Shown in pieces: positions 1 through 12,995 of a stretch of 64,000 bases of DNA. The notes under the pieces were generated by a model. That model worked only from the letters and a program-made list of their open reading frames with translations, did no database searches and was not told the DNA's origin. How positions within the stretch are numbered: the first letter of the stretch is position 1; each line of letters starts with the position of its first letter. This DNA is from Mobula hypostoma (Eukaryota). The DNA lies in contig NC_086097.1 in the NCBI RefSeq assembly GCF_963921235.1, forward strand, positions 116,438,001-116,502,000. The letters run 5' to 3'. A program made the translations under genes and the position numbers.

Positions 1-174
1 TATTGGGTAGACATCCTGGACTGCAAATTTTTGAAATAGTCCCCTAATAGCTATTTCACTCATTTATGTTTCACGGCCAACAGGATCCTGCAGCCGAATG
101 ATTCATGTCATTGCTGGAGCAATCACAGTCTTATCCCACTACTAGCCTCTCATCCCTTTGACACTATTTCAGCT

Positions 175-1113
175 GTTTCTGCTGCTGTATGTACATTCTC
201 CCTATACATAGAAACATAGAAACATAGAAAATAGGTGCAGGAGTAGGCTATTTGGCCCTTCGAGCCTGCACCGCCATTCAGTACGATCACGGCTGATCAT
301 CCAACTCAGAACCCTGTACCTTCCTTCTCTCCATACCCCCGATCCCTTTAGCCACAAGGGCCATAACTAACTCCCTCTTAAATATAACCAATGAACTGGC
401 CTTAACTGTTTCCTGCGGCAGAGAATTCCACAGATTCACCACTCTCTGTGTGAAGAAGTTTTTCCTAATCTCAATCCTAAAAGGCTTCCCTTTTATCCTC
501 AAACTGTGACCCCTCGTTCTGGACTTCCCCAACATCAGGAACAATCTTCCTGCATCTAGCCTGTCCAATCCCTTTAGGATTTTATACGTTTCAATCAGAT
601 CCCCCCTCAATCTTCTAAATTCCAACGAGTATAAGCCTAGTTCATCCAGTCTTTCATCATATGAAAGTCCTGCCATCCCAGGAACTAGTCTGATGAACCT
701 TCTTTGTACTCCCTCAATGGCAAGGATGACTTTCCTCAGATTAGGGGACCAAAACTGCACACAATACTCCAGGTGTGGTCTCACCAAGGCCTTTTACAAC
801 TGCAGTAGTACCTCCCTGCTCCTGTACTCGAATCCTCTTGCTATGAATGCCAGCATACCATTCGCCTTTTTCACCGCCTGCTGTACCTGCATGCCCACTT
901 TCAATGACTGATTGGGTTTCCTCCTAGTGCTCTGGTTTCCATTCATATTCGAAGTTCATACACCCTAAGGTTAGTCAGTTGTCGGCATGCTAGATTGGCA
1001 CCAGAAACTGCCCCCAGCACAATTCTTGGACTGTGTTGGTCATTGATGCACAAAAATGCTTTTCACTACGTTTCGATGTCTTGATGTACATGTGACAAAT
1101 AAAGCTAGTCTCT
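175..1113 (+). mobile_element. V-SINE (long-tail subfamily) split by the CR1 at 207-910
   Basis: Left piece TGTACATTCTCCCTATA; right piece GGGTTTCCTCCTAGTGCTCTGGTTTCC (V-domain); tail GATGTACATGTGACAAATAAAGCTA. Confidence 0.7.
207..910 (-). mobile_element. CR1 LINE, 5'-truncated young copy (ORF2 C-terminus and 3' UTR)
   Basis: ORF 287..787 VRPHLEYCVQFWSP...RRLRGDLIETYKI...FFTQRVVNLWNSLP; (TTTCTATG)n tail read as CATAGAAA repeats from 207. Confidence 0.95.
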
Positions 1114-1351
1114 CTAATTTCTCTCTCTTGTTGAGAAAGGTTCATAAAATTCTTCTTTGAAGCATGCATTGTCCAATGCTTTGTGTCTACCATCCTTGTT
1201 AATTTGCATTGATGGTTTTGTAGCTCATTTTTCAACGCCTTCTTCATATTTTCAACTAGTTGTGGCTTTGACAACTTTCATGATGAGGCTTCATGCCGAA
1301 GAAAATTTATAGAACTTAGAGAAGACAGCAATTAGTCTTGTAACCTTGGGA

Positions 1352-1356
<5 letters not shown>

Positions 1357-1401
<45 letters not shown>

Positions 1402-1413
1402 CGTGTGTGTGTG
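1357..1413. repeat. (GT)n(GC)n(GT)n microsatellite
   Basis: Direct reading. Confidence 0.95.
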
Positions 1414-1665
1414 TTATCCTGCAAGCATCCCTTCTCTACTATCAGCCAATCTACTTATGACTACAATAGAAATTTTGATATACTGGTTACACGTTGGTAT
1501 GGGTCTCTGCATTCTGTTTTTAGTTGAGAACACTAAGCCTTTGCTTAGTTCCAAACTCTTGAGAATCAATTTACCCTCCTTGTCAATGTCTTCAGATCTC
1601 TCTGGTGAAGGATATTTGCCTCTGTTTGGTGCTAGTAGTCTTAGAGGTGTCATGAAAAGAGTAAA

Positions 1666-1754
1666 TAAAAGCATAAGATGCTGGAAGCGCTGAATGCATC
1701 AAGCAGTGTTTACAGTAAGAGAAACAGGGTTAATATTTCCGGTCTCTTTGATCT
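1666..1754 (-). mobile_element. Short, old PLE-terminal-repeat-like insertion with 16-bp TSD
   Basis: TCATGAAAAGAGTAAA at 1650-1665 and 1755-1770; internal AGATGCTGGAAGCGCTGAATGCATCAAGCAG resembles the other PLE repeats. Confidence 0.55.
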
Positions 1755-2129
1755 TCATGAAAAGAGTAAAATTTATTTCAGTTCAAAAAGCATTGTTTCA
1801 ACATTGTTCAGTAAAGTTGTTTCATGAAAAAAACATTTCACAAGTCAAATTTTTTACTGATACAAGTACTGCAGGATATTTTCACAAAGCTCCTGTCTCT
1901 TTGAACACAACATATTTATAAAATTGATACTTTCTAAAGTGGAATAATTTCACACAATTGGAAATTAAACCAGACATTTCCCTTTGCAAGGTACCTTTAC
2001 ATTAATGATCCATTTGCCAGATAGGTCACCAACAAACTAATCATTCTGAGTGCAAATATTGTTTAGAACTTCGCCAGGAGACATTTGGTCACTTCATTCC
2101 ATTGTAGGAAACCCTCTCAATCAGTCCAG

Positions 2130-4420
2130 AATTCAATTTCTTTCACCACCCTCTGTCTAAAGAAATTCCTCCTCATCTCCAATCTAAATGGGTGCCCCTC
2201 TACAATGAGGCTATGCCTTCTGGTCCTAGGAACTCCACTATAGAAAATATTTGCTCCACATTCACTCTATCTCAGCCTTTAAACATTTGATAGGTTTCAG
2301 TGAGATCCCCCCTCATTCTTCTATATTTCAGCAAGTAACTGCCCAAAGTCATCAAACGCTCCTCATACAATAACCCTTTCATTCCTGGAAACATTCTTGT
2401 CAACCTCCTTTGAACCCTCTCCAACATTAACACATTACACATACATGTTAGTAGGGAAGTGGTGTTAGGTAAATTGAAGGGATTGAAGGCAGATAAATCC
2501 CCAGGGCCAGATGGTCTGCATCCTAGAGTGCTTAAGGAAGTAGCCCAAGAAATAGTGGATGCATTAGTGATAATTTTTCAAAACTCGTTAGATTCTGGAC
2601 TAGTTCCTGAGGATTGGAGGGTGGCTAATGTAACCCCACCTTTTAAAAAAGGAGGGAGAGAGAAACCGGAGAATTATAGACCGGTTAGCCTAACGTCGGT
2701 GGTGGGGAAACTGCTGGAGTCAGTTATCAAGGATGTGATAACAGCACATTTGGATAGTGGTGAAATGATCGGACAAAGTCAGCACGGATTTGTGAAAGGA
2801 AAATCATGTCTGACGAATCTCATAGAATTTTTTGAGGATGTAACTAGTAGAGTGGATAGGGGAGAACCAGTGGATGTGGTATATTTGGATTTTCAAAAGG
2901 CTTTTGACAAGGTCCCACACAGGAGATTAGTGTGCAAACTTAAAGCACACGGTATTGGGGGTAAGGTATTGGTGTGGGTGGTGAATTGGTTAGCAGACAG
3001 GAAGCAAAGAGTAGGAATAAACGGGACCTTTTCAGAATAGCAGGCGGTGACTAGTGGGGTACCGCAAGGCTCAGTGCTGGGACCCCAGTTGTTTACAATA
3101 TATATTAATGACTTGGATGAGGGAATTAAATGCAGCATCTCCAAGTTTGTGGATGACACGAAGCTGGGTGGCAGTGTTAGCAGTGAGGATGATGCAGGGT
3201 GACTTGGATAGGTTGGTTGAGTGGGCAAATTCATGGCAGATGCAATTTAATGTGGATAAATGTGAAGTTATCCACTTTGGTGGCAAAAATAGGAAAACAG
3301 ATTATTATCTGAACGGTGGCCGATTAGGAAAAGGGGAGGTGCAACGAGACCTGGGTGTCATTATACGCCAGTCATTGAAAGTGGGCATGCAGGTACAGCA
3401 GGCAGTGAAAAAGGCGAATGGTATGCTGGCATTTATAGTGAGAGGATTCGAGTACAGGAGCAGGGAGGTACTACTGCAGTTGTACAAGGCCTTGGTGAGA
3501 CCACACCTGGAGTATTGTGTGCAGTTTTGGTCCCCTAATCTGAGGAAAGACATCTTTGCCATAGAGGGAGTACAGGGAAGGTTCACCAGATTGATTCCTG
3601 GGATGGCAGGACTTTCATATGAAGAAAGACTGGATGAACTGGGCTTGTACTCGTTGGAATTTAGAAGATTGAGGGGGGATCTGATTGAAACGTATAAGAT
3701 CCTAAAGGGATTGGACAGGCTAGATGCAGGAAGATTGTTCCCGATGTTGGGGAAGTCCAGAACGAGGGGTCACAGTTTGAGGATAGAGGGGAAGCCTTTT
3801 AGGACCGAGATTAGGAAAAACTTCTTCACACAGAGAGTGGTGAATCTGTGGAATTATCTGCCACAGGAAACTGTTGAGGCCGGTTCATTGGCTATATTTA
3901 AGAGGGAGTTAGATATGGCCCTTGTGGCTATGGGGGTCAGGGGGTATGCAGGGAAGGCTGGGGCGGGGTTCTGAGTTGGATGATCAGCCATGATCATAAT
4001 AAATCTCGAAGGGCCGAATGGCCTACTCCTGCACCTATTTTCTATGTTTCTATTATTTTTTAGGTAAGGGCCAAAAATTGTTTAAAATACTCCAAGTGAG
4101 ACCTCACCAGTGCCTTCAACATTACACCCTTGCTTTTATATTCTAGTCCTCTCAAAATAAATGCGAACATTGCGTTTGCCTCCCTCACCACTGACTCAAC
4201 CTTCAAGTTAACCTTCAGGGAATCTAGCACGAGGACTCCCAAGTCACTTCGTACCTTGGATTTTTTAATTTTCTCCTCAATTAGAGCATGGTCTCTGCTT
4301 TTGTTGCTTTAACTGAAGTGCATGTCCATACTTTTCCTAGCACAATATTCCACCTACTGCTTCTTTACCCATTCTCTTAATCTGTCTAAGTCCTTCTGCA
4401 GTCTCCCTGCTTCCTCAGCA
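2130..4420 (-). mobile_element. Older CR1 fragment (about 2130-2436 and 4056-4420) split by a younger CR1
   Basis: ORF 4060..4242 SLKVNLKVESVVREANAMFAFILRGLEYKSK; sequence continues across the insertion (CCCTCTCCAACATTAACACAT...TTTAGGTAAGGGCCAAAA). Confidence 0.8.
2447..4052 (+). mobile_element. CR1 LINE, young 5'-truncated copy; ORF2 RT pseudogene
   Basis: [51 protein letters not shown]; in-frame stop at 3038-3040 and frameshift near 3190; TTTCTATG tail. Confidence 0.97.
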
Positions 4421-4424
4421 GAAG

Positions 4425-5009
4425 GACTATAAGGCTGCATTTGGAGTATTTTGAGCAGTTTTTGCCCCCTCATCTATGAAAAAAAAATGTGCTGGCATTG
4501 GAGAGGGCCCAGAGGGGGTTCATGAGAAAGATCCCAGGAATGTAATTGTTAGCATCTGAGGAGTGCTTAATCTTAATGGCTCTGGGCCATCAAATTCATT
4601 GGAGTTTAGAAGAACGAGGGGTGATCTCATCAAAACCTATTAAATATTGAAAGTCCTAGATAGGGTTGACATACGATGGGTGTTTCCAAAAGTAGGGGAG
4701 AGGACCAGAGTACACAGACTCAGAATACAAGAATGACCCTTTATAACAGAAATGAGGAGGAATTTCTTTACTCAGAAGGCGGTGAATCTGTGGAATTCAT
4801 TGCCAAAGACACCGTGGAAGTGAAATCATTGGGTATATTTAAAGCAGAGCTTGATAGGTTCTCAATTAGTAAGGGCATCAAAGGTTAAGGGGGGAAGGCA
4901 GGAGAATTGATTTGAGAGGGATAGTAAATCGGCCATGATCAAATGCTGGTACAGACTTGATGGGCCAAAGAGTCTAGTTCTACTCCCTTGTCTTACAAAT
5001 GGTCTTATA
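4425..5009 (+). mobile_element. Degenerate CR1 3' fragment
   Basis: TTGGAGTTTAGAAGAACGAGGGGTGATCTCAT, GGTGAATCTGTGGAATTCATTGCC; CR1-type 3' UTR. Confidence 0.85.
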
Positions 5010-5625
5010 AAGGCCAAAGGCATCATCACCTTGCACTTCTTAGCTTTACCCGACTACACTTTGACCTATGCCATGTTTCAATGATTGTTACACTGGGAAG
5101 AGCTCCCAAGCCTCATACACACACAGAAAAAGCTTTATCTACCTTTTTGCCAGCCCACAGGATACAGGCTAGACATGCACAGGAAAGCATTACTCCTTCA
5201 GGAACTACTGCCAGGAGTAACTCAGTGTAGCCCTGAAGGTTTTCTGTGGCAACCTCCTGAGAGAATTGCTCTTCACCTGACTATCCAGATCCCTCTGACC
5301 CCCAAGGAGGAGCATTTTCTCACCTTCCTACACATCACAGAATCATCTATTCTGTCAGCAGCAACATTCCCCTGTAGATTCTGATGCTACTGTGTGTTTC
5401 TTTCAAGGGCTGCCTGCCAAGATCATAGCCATAGGCCAAGAACTAGAGGTTGTGTGATCTTGTACTAGATTAATAGAGCTGTGCACCTGTCCTGGCTCAG
5501 CGCACCATTGCACAGGGAAAATCAACAATGCTGTTTAGTGAATGTTATGATTTAAAATGACAATGTTTAAGAATCTTTAAAAATATTGTTTTAAAATACA
5601 ATGACACAATTTTCTCCTGATTCCC

Positions 5626-5830
5626 TAACCCTGGGAATAAAAGACTGTGCATTCACCTTATTTTCACCCTTCATGATTTTATAAACCTCTATAAAATCAC
5701 CCCTCATTATAATCCAACTTCTAAACCTCTCAGCGATACCTCTTGGAAAATTCAACATGTATCAACCTGCTCAAGCTCCTTCCATAACTCAGTCCCCAGA
5801 GGCCCGACAACATCCTTGTAAATCTAATGT
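5626..5830 (-). mobile_element. Old CR1 fragment
   Basis: ATGATTTTATAAACCTCTATAAAATCACCCCTCA is the reverse complement of an RGDxIEVYKIM-type sequence. Confidence 0.6.
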
Positions 5831-5993
5831 ATACATCTATGCTCAAAGATCGTGTAATTGGATCACTCAGTGAATGTTTGAATTCTGCCTGGCAGGTTGG
5901 CAGGTTTCACTGTATGAAAATAAAAAATCAATTGTAAGATTGTCTCTGGAACCAGTGCAATCAGAAGAAAACTAATACAGTTTTGAAATCACA

Positions 5994-6340
5994 TATACTC
6001 AGTAGCCACTTTACTAGAAAGCTCCTGTACCTAATAAAGTAGCCATTGAATGTAGGTTTGCAATCTTCTGCTCCTGTAGCCCATCCACTTCAAGAATTGA
6101 CAGGTTGGGCATTCAGAGATGCTCTTCTGCACACCACTGTTGTCACGTGCGGTTATGTGAGTTACTGTGACCTTCCTGCCATCTTGAACCAGTCTGGCCA
6201 TTCTCCTCTAACCTCTCTCATTAACAAAACATTTTTGCCCATTGAACTGCCATTCACTGGATGTTTTTTCTTTTTTATTTCTTGCACCATTCTTTGAAAA
6301 TTAAAGACTGCTGCGCATGAAATTCCCAGGCACTCAAACC
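5994..6340 (-). mobile_element. Non-autonomous Tc1/mariner element, partial
   Basis: TIR-like CTCAGTAGCCACTTTACTAG; body matches the copy at 12996-13535. Confidence 0.8.
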
Positions 6341-6346
6341 AACAAG

Positions 6347-7615
6347 TATCGAGAACATCAGATGATGATTCCTTGAAAGTGAGTCCATAGGATGTGGGAA
6401 CATTTCAGTGATGGGGAATGTGGAATGTGACGTTGATTGAAGTTCAGGAACCTGATGGTAGTAACTGTTCCTAAACCGGGTGTTGTGAGTTTTGATGCCC
6501 CTGTACCTTTTTCCTGATAGCAGCAGTGGGAAGAGGACATGCCCTGAGTGCTGGGGGACCCCGATGATGGACACTGCTTTCCTGCGTCTACGCTTCACGT
6601 AGATATGTTCAATGCTTGGGAAGGGCTTTACCTGTAATGGACTGGGCCGATCCCCTGCATTTTGTAAGATTTTCCATTCAAGGGCATTGGTGTTTCCATA
6701 CCTGGCTGTGATGCAGCCAGTCAATATATTCTACACCATACGTCTGTAGAAGTTTGTCAAGACTTAGATGTCATGCTGAATTGTCGTAAGCTCTTAAGGA
6801 AGTAAAGGCACTGCCGTGAGTTCCTCATAATTGTACTTACTTGCTGGGCTCACACCAGGTCCTCAAAAAGAATAACACCGAGGAATTTAAAGGTACTGAC
6901 TGCCTCCATCTATCATCTTTCAGTGTGGACTGTCTCAGGGATGTCTGGTTTCCTCCTCTTGAAGTCAATAATTGGGTAAGAATCATTGTAATGGCAGCAC
7001 TCAGCAGATTGTCAATCTCCCTCCTATGTGCCGGTTCATCAACACCTTCGATTTGGCCACCAGCGATATCATCTGCAAATTTGAATATGGCATTGGAGCT
7101 GTGTTTAGCCAGACAGTCATAAGTGTAAATCAAGTAAAGCAGGAGGGTAAGCTCAGAGACTTGTGGTGCACCTGTGCTGATGGAGATTGTGGAGGAGATG
7201 TTGTTGCCAATCCAGACTGACTGTGGTCTACAAGTAAGGATATCAAGGATTTAATTGTACAAGGGAGTATTGAGGCTAAACTCATGGAGCTTATTGGTCA
7301 ATCTTAAGGGGATGATGGTATTGAGTGCTGAGCTGCAGTCAACAAAGAACATTCTGATGTATGCATCTTTGTTGTCCAGGTGTTCCAGTGTTGAAGAAGA
7401 GCCAATGAGATGGTATCTGCTGCTGACCTCTTATTCAGGTGGGCAAATTGGAGCAAATCCAGGTAGCTTCTCAGACAGTTGATATGTTCCATCATCAACC
7501 ACTCAAAAGACTTCATCACTGTAGATTTATGTGCTACTGGATGATAGTTACTGAGGCAGTGTCTACTTAAGCACTGGTATAATTGAAGCCTGTTTCGAGC
7601 AGTTGGATACCTCAG
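6347..7615 (-). mobile_element. Rex1/Babar LINE fragment
   Basis: YTYDCLAKHSSNAIFKFADD, MKSFEWLM...LDLLQFA, TGCITARYGN...TRFRNSYY. Confidence 0.88.
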
Positions 7616-7751
7616 AGTGTCGAAGCAAGACTTGAATGTCTCAGATCTGGCTCTCAGCAGATTGTGGACCACATGGTGAGGTGGGATCATTACATCACAA
7701 CTGAGGTTCACAGAGAAGTTGCTGAAGGAAATACATAAGATGTTTAATTTA

Positions 7752-8030
7752 CACCATAAGACCATTAGACATTGGTCCAGCATTAGTCCTCTCACCCCTA
7801 GAATCTGCTCTGCTGTTCTGTCTTGGTTGAGGTATTATCCCCCTCAACACCACTTGGTCTCTGCTATCAAACTCCACTTTTAATATACACAATGATTTGG
7901 CATTCACCACCATCTGTGGCAATAAATTCCATAGATTCACCACCCTCCAGCTGAAGAAATTCTCTGTCTAAAAACAATATTTTACTTCTAAGATAATATT
8001 GCGACAATTCTGAAGCTGTGCCTCATTCAG
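7752..8030 (-). mobile_element. CR1 3' fragment
   Basis: VVNLWNLLPQ motif; ACCATAAG-type tail. Confidence 0.7.
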
Positions 8031-8052
8031 TTGAAGCTGTTTGATGTTTAAA

Positions 8053-8185
8053 GTAACACACACAAAATGCAGGAGGAACTCATCAGGTCAGGCAGCATCT
8101 ATGGAGGGGAATAAACAATCATCATTTTGGTCTGAGACCCTTCATCAGGACTGGAAAGGAAAGGGGAAGAATGCAGAATAAGGAG
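8053..8185 (-). mobile_element. PLE terminal repeat with degenerate hammerhead motif
   Basis: Reverse complement reads CAGTC CTGATGA AGGGTCTCAGACC AAAA TGAT GATTG (8116-8153). Confidence 0.75.
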
Positions 8186-8569
8186 TTGTTTGAAGAAGAG
8201 AGTAAGAGGACAATGTTTAGTGCGGTCAGTGGGATGCAAGTCAAGTGTTACTCCTCCAGCCAACATTTCTTAACTACTCTGCATGTTCTTCCACTTCATA
8301 GTTCCTGTGATAAGTTAATTGTACTATTTAAACTTTGCCTAAAGTATGAGTTTGAAAGAGCAAAGTAGACATGATGGATAGTAGTAATTAGGCATGTTTG
8401 CACAGAAAAATTGTTGACCGTGCAGCAGATGTCAATAAACCTGGAGATTCTCCAGGAATTATACAAGAAATGCCCCTAATCCAATGAAGCATATTTAATA
8501 ATGATAGGATAAATTATGTTCTTGCATTTTATTAGGTTTGTTATGAGCACCAACTCTAGAAATAGTCTT

Positions 8570-8813
8570 CTTCTTTTTCTTCTTACGCCCTTCACTGCTA
8601 CTGGGACATAGGCCACCGACAGTAATTCAACAGAATCTTCTATACTGGGCCAGTCTTTCAAGTTATCCCAAGTGTATCCCACCTTCTAGATTCTTCCGCT
8701 CCCAGGGATGAAGTCTTCAGAACTTCTGTTGGCATTTCTGTAGCACTGGATTTTTACAGGATGCATATACTAGACCCATGCCCAACCCCACATCTTTCGC
8801 AGCCAAGTGGAGT
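8570..8813 (-). mobile_element. RTE-related short non-autonomous retroposon with 13-bp TSD
   Basis: TAGAAATAGTCTT at 8557-8569 and 8814-8826; (GAA)n tail; related copy at 26211-26477. Confidence 0.7.
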
Positions 8814-9064
8814 TAGAAATAGTCTTGCAATCAATATACCTTTGATCTTGCTCAACACAGAATGCAAATATCTACTAACTGATGGCATTAATAGAACTCT
8901 GAGACATGAATGACCCTGTATCTAGCTTGCTTAATGGCATTGTTATTCATTGCTGGATGATAACTTGGTCCAAAGGTACTAAAAACGCTCCTTGGCTTCT
9001 GTCTTTAAGGCCAGCCCAGATATCTGATGTAAAATGAGAACATTCCTGAGCAGTATCTGCATTT

Positions 9065-10097
9065 GTGTGGCTTGGTACTGCAGCAGTTAGTGCATCGACT
9101 TACAGCGGCCTCCATTACCAATCACAGTACAAGTCCCACCGTTGTCTGTAAAAGGTGTAAGGGGTTTCTTCTTTTAAGTTACTGCGTAGTCTAATTAAAA
9201 GGGCTTCTTTGTTATGTTATTAATGAAATGGCTTCTTTATTATGTTAACTGCTGAGAAAGACCTCCCGCTAGTAGTTTATTTGGATCATGTTACTGATAA
9301 GAGGGTAAACAAACCAATTAAGAAAGATGTTATTATTTCTGTGTGTCTGTAAGTTAGTGTGATGTGCGGGTTTTTGGGCAGAAGGCGGGAGAGTGAGACA
9401 GAGGATGGACCAGGTGCTGTGAGACCACAAACAGGGTCGGACCCCGAACAAGAGTCCGAGGTCCAGGGTGTTTGGTGAGGAGAGGAAACAGAGATGGACT
9501 CATGTGGAGCGTCTGGTCGACCACCATTGTTGGTCCCAGGCGGCAGGTCGAGGTGGTCCGAGGGGTCGCAGGGTGAAGAAGGAGGGTCCTGAGCTCCAAC
9601 TGTTTGAGCACGAAGAGATTGAACTTTGATAAGTGTGGCACCTTTTATTTTCCTTTTATATTTTATTCTCTATTAATTATATAGTTCCAGTAATATATAT
9701 ATAAACTGTAAATCATTTAATCATATCTGGTGTATTGTCTGTTATTTGGGCTGGGTGGGGTACATCACACAGCATCCACGCAAACTATTACACAGTTTGG
9801 CGGCGCTGAGGGCTGTTTCCCTAGATGACAGCAAGCTGAGTGACCCTGAGGCTGGCCAGGGGGGCTACATTCTCCCTGTGACCATGTGTATTTAGTCATG
9901 GTGTTCTAGTTTCTTCCCATGCTCCACAGATGTACACTTAGGGTTATGGTTTGTAAGTTATGGACAAGTATGGTGACACTTGCAGGCTGCCCCCAGCACA
10001 ATATTTGAACACAGTTGGTCATTGATGCAAAAAAAAAATGACATTAGCTCTATGTATTGATGTTTCGATGCATATCTGACAATTAAAACTAATCCAT
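9065..10097 (+). mobile_element. V-SINE (long-tail subfamily) interrupted by a solo-LTR-like element
   Basis: Degenerate tRNA-like head to 9155; resumes TTCTCCCTGTGACC at 9870; tail GATGCATATCTGACAATTAAAACTAATC. Confidence 0.75.
9156..9869. mobile_element. Solo-LTR-like element (714 bp)
   Basis: TGTA...TACA termini; sharp boundaries inside a SINE; non-coding and CpG-retaining; no clear TSD. Confidence 0.65.
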
Positions 10098-10234
10098 GAA
10101 AATCTTTGAATGTATTCTCCATAGATAAAGAGAGTGAAGACTAAAAATGCTTACCTGTGTACTGATGGAATATAGTCCCTCCTTATGCATGCGGAGCATT
10201 GCTTAAGGGTTTGGAGGACCATATGAGTAACATG

Positions 10235-12185
10235 AATCCAGGCCAAAGTATGATCACTGGAAAACTACCTCATGTGTGAAGTGGGAATTCCAGACCACAC
10301 TTGAATCACTGAAGGATGCTCGACAGCTGTGGCAGGGCTTGAAAGCTATCACCTCCCACAAAGTGAGTACATAACAACAAGGCTTCACCCTGAGGTGTGG
10401 TCAACACTTTTTTATGCTCGCTTTAACCGCCAAAACACGGAGGGCACCTTCGCAAACTACCATAGCCCCCTATTTCCCTGTGATCTCATTCTCTGAGGCT
10501 GACGCGAGAGCATTTTTCAGGAAGGTGATCCCATGGAAGGCATTCAATCCAGCCGGGGTACCTGGCTGAGTACTAAAGACCTGTGGTGATCAACTGGCAG
10601 AAATGTTCACTGATATCTTTAATCTCTCACATCAGCAGTCTGAGGTACCCACCTGCTTCAAGCAGGCTTCAATTATACCAGTGCCGGAGAAGAAGGTGGC
10701 AACCTGCCTCAGTGATGATCATCCAATAGCACTTACATCCAGCAATGAAGTGCTTTGAGAGACTTATGATGAATCATATCAATTCCTGCCTGAGAAGCAG
10801 CTTGGATCCACTCCAACTTGTCTACTATCACAACATGTCAACAACAGATGCCACTTTATTGGCTCTTCACGCAACCCTGGAACTTCTGGACAGTGAAGAT
10901 GCATTCATCAGGAAACTCTTCATTGACTACAGCTCGGCATTCTGTACCATCATCCCCTCAAGATTAATCAATAAACTTCAAGTCCTTGGCCTCAATACCT
11001 CCTTCTGTAACTGAATCTTGGATTTCCTTACTTGCAGACTCCGATCAGTTCAGATTGGCAACAACATCTCATCCACAATCTCCATCAGTACCAGTGCAAT
11101 GCTACGTGCTTAGCCCCTGCTCTGCTTGCTTTGACTGTGAAGCTAAGCACAGCCCAATGCCATATTTAAGTTTGCTGATGACACCACTTTCATAGGCTGA
11201 ATCAAAGTTGGTGATGAATCAGCATATAGGAGGGAGACTGAAAATCTGGCTGAGTGGTGCCACAACAACCTCTCACTCAATGTCTGCAAGACCAAGGAGC
11301 TAATTATTGACTTTAGGAGGAGGAAACTGGAAGCCCATGAGCCAGTCCTCATTGGACAATCAAAGCTGGAGAGGGTCAGCAACTTTAAATTTCTCAGTGC
11401 TATCATTCCATTTAAGGGGATCTGTCCTGTACCCAGCACGTAAGTGCCATTGCTAAGAAACTACAGCAGTGCTTCTGCTTTCTTAGAAGTTTGCAAATAT
11501 TCAGAGTGTCATCTAAAATGTTGACAAATTTCTCTACATGTGTGGTCTAGGGTATGCTGACAGGTTTCATCATGGCCTGGTTCGAAACACCAATGCCTTT
11601 CTACGGAAAAGCCTACAAAATGTAGCGGATACTACCTCCCAGTGCATTATGAGCAAAGCTCTCCCTTTCATTGAACACATCTACATGGAGCTCTGGTGCA
11701 GGGAATCAGCATCCATTATCAAGGACCCCACCATCCAAGCCATGCTCTCCTCTCACTGCTGCCATCAAGAAGAAGGTACAGAAGCCCCAGGACCCACAAC
11801 ACCAGGTTCATAAACACTTATTACTCTTCAACCATCAGGCTCTTGAATGAGAGGGGATAACTTCACTTTGCTTCACTTGCCTCATCACTGAACTGTTTCC
11901 ACAACCTATGGAGTCAATTTCAAGGACTCTCCATCTCAAGTTCTTGATATTTATTGCTTATTTATTAATAATATTGTTGCTATTATTATTTCTTTGTTTT
12001 CTTTTTCATTATATATTTGTACATATTGCTGTTTTTTTGTGCATTATTTGTTTGTCTGTCCTGTTGGGTGTGATCATTTATTGATTCTATTGTGTTTCTT
12101 GGATTTACTTACCTGCAAGAAAATTAATCTCAGGGATGTATATAATGACATATATGAATATTGATAATAAATTTACTTTGAACTT
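10235..12185 (+). mobile_element. Rex1/Babar LINE, 5'-truncated and degenerate
   Basis: [25 protein letters not shown]...[20 protein letters not shown]; tail ATAATAAATTTACTTTGAAC. Confidence 0.92.
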
Positions 12186-12269
12186 CTGCTTTCAAAAATC
12201 CAATTTCTCAGTAAAATCTCTAGCTCTCTCATATACTGCAGTTACAGCTTGGTTGCAGTTAAAACAGCA

Positions 12270-12420
12270 AGCCTTTTCATAGTGCTTTCAATGACCACAT
12301 GGGGCCTCAAACCTCTTCAGAGCTATTGAAGTAATTTTGAAGTATGTTTACTGTTGTAATGCTGTAAGTGTTGTTGCTGGTCATGCTTTTAATGCATCTG
12401 TGTAAATCAAGTATACTGTG
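12270..12420 (-). mobile_element. Ancient Deu-domain SINE remnant (AmnSINE/SacSINE-like); another possible piece at about 26510-26615
   Basis: TTGAAGTAATTTTGAAGTATGTTTACTGTTGTAATG resembles the Deu-SINE tail as recalled; not aligned. Confidence 0.35.
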
Positions 12421-12995
12421 TGACCCCAAGGCAAAGCCAAAGTCACTGCAAATGAATCATTTGGAAGTGTCAAATGAATGGAAGGCGATCTTTAAAAGAA
12501 ATATTTTCCATGAGGATTTGGTAAGGAAAATGAATATTGAAAAGAATGTGATCATGCTGAATGTTCTTCCCCACGATGAGTGTTTTATTACTTGGTTGAG
12601 AAATGATGCTGATGAATTTCTGATTCCGCCTCCTCATGGAATTACCATTCCAGAAAGTGACCACAAAGCCAGCAATGATGTGTGGAAATACGCTAGAAAT
12701 TGATCTCTGGTGCATACATTGTTCAGTCATTGTTATGTATAAAGCCAGGTGGTGATTACCTGGGGAGCAGAGTGACACTGCAGGTAATGCAGGTATCTCA
12801 CAGCTCCAACTATTCCATAGACATCGCGTATTCTACCCTTGACCAAGTGAGTTCCCTCTGGTCCTTTCGCTTCCTTACACATCTGAATGATTTTCTGGTT
12901 GTTATATTAATTGACTACTCTAGCATTCACTGGTGTAGGCGGCTGGATGGGAAACTTGGAACAAATTGATGGACAGGTGTGGAAGAATGGGATAT

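Noticed and set aside
990..1674. Short minus-strand ORFs (94 and 86 aa)
   Set aside because: They run through SINE, microsatellite or PLE sequence, with no recognisable domain or splice pair.
2459..3974. Long ORFs as a functional reverse transcriptase gene
   Set aside because: 5'-truncated CR1 with an in-frame stop, a frameshift and no endonuclease domain.
10150..10262. Minus-strand exon ending at CAG|GTAAGC
   Set aside because: The acceptor side lies in the Rex1 remnant and the peptide is not recognisable.
12368..12969. ORFs of 89-111 aa in unassigned DNA
   Set aside because: No recognisable motif; length is compatible with chance; overlapping ORFs on both strands.
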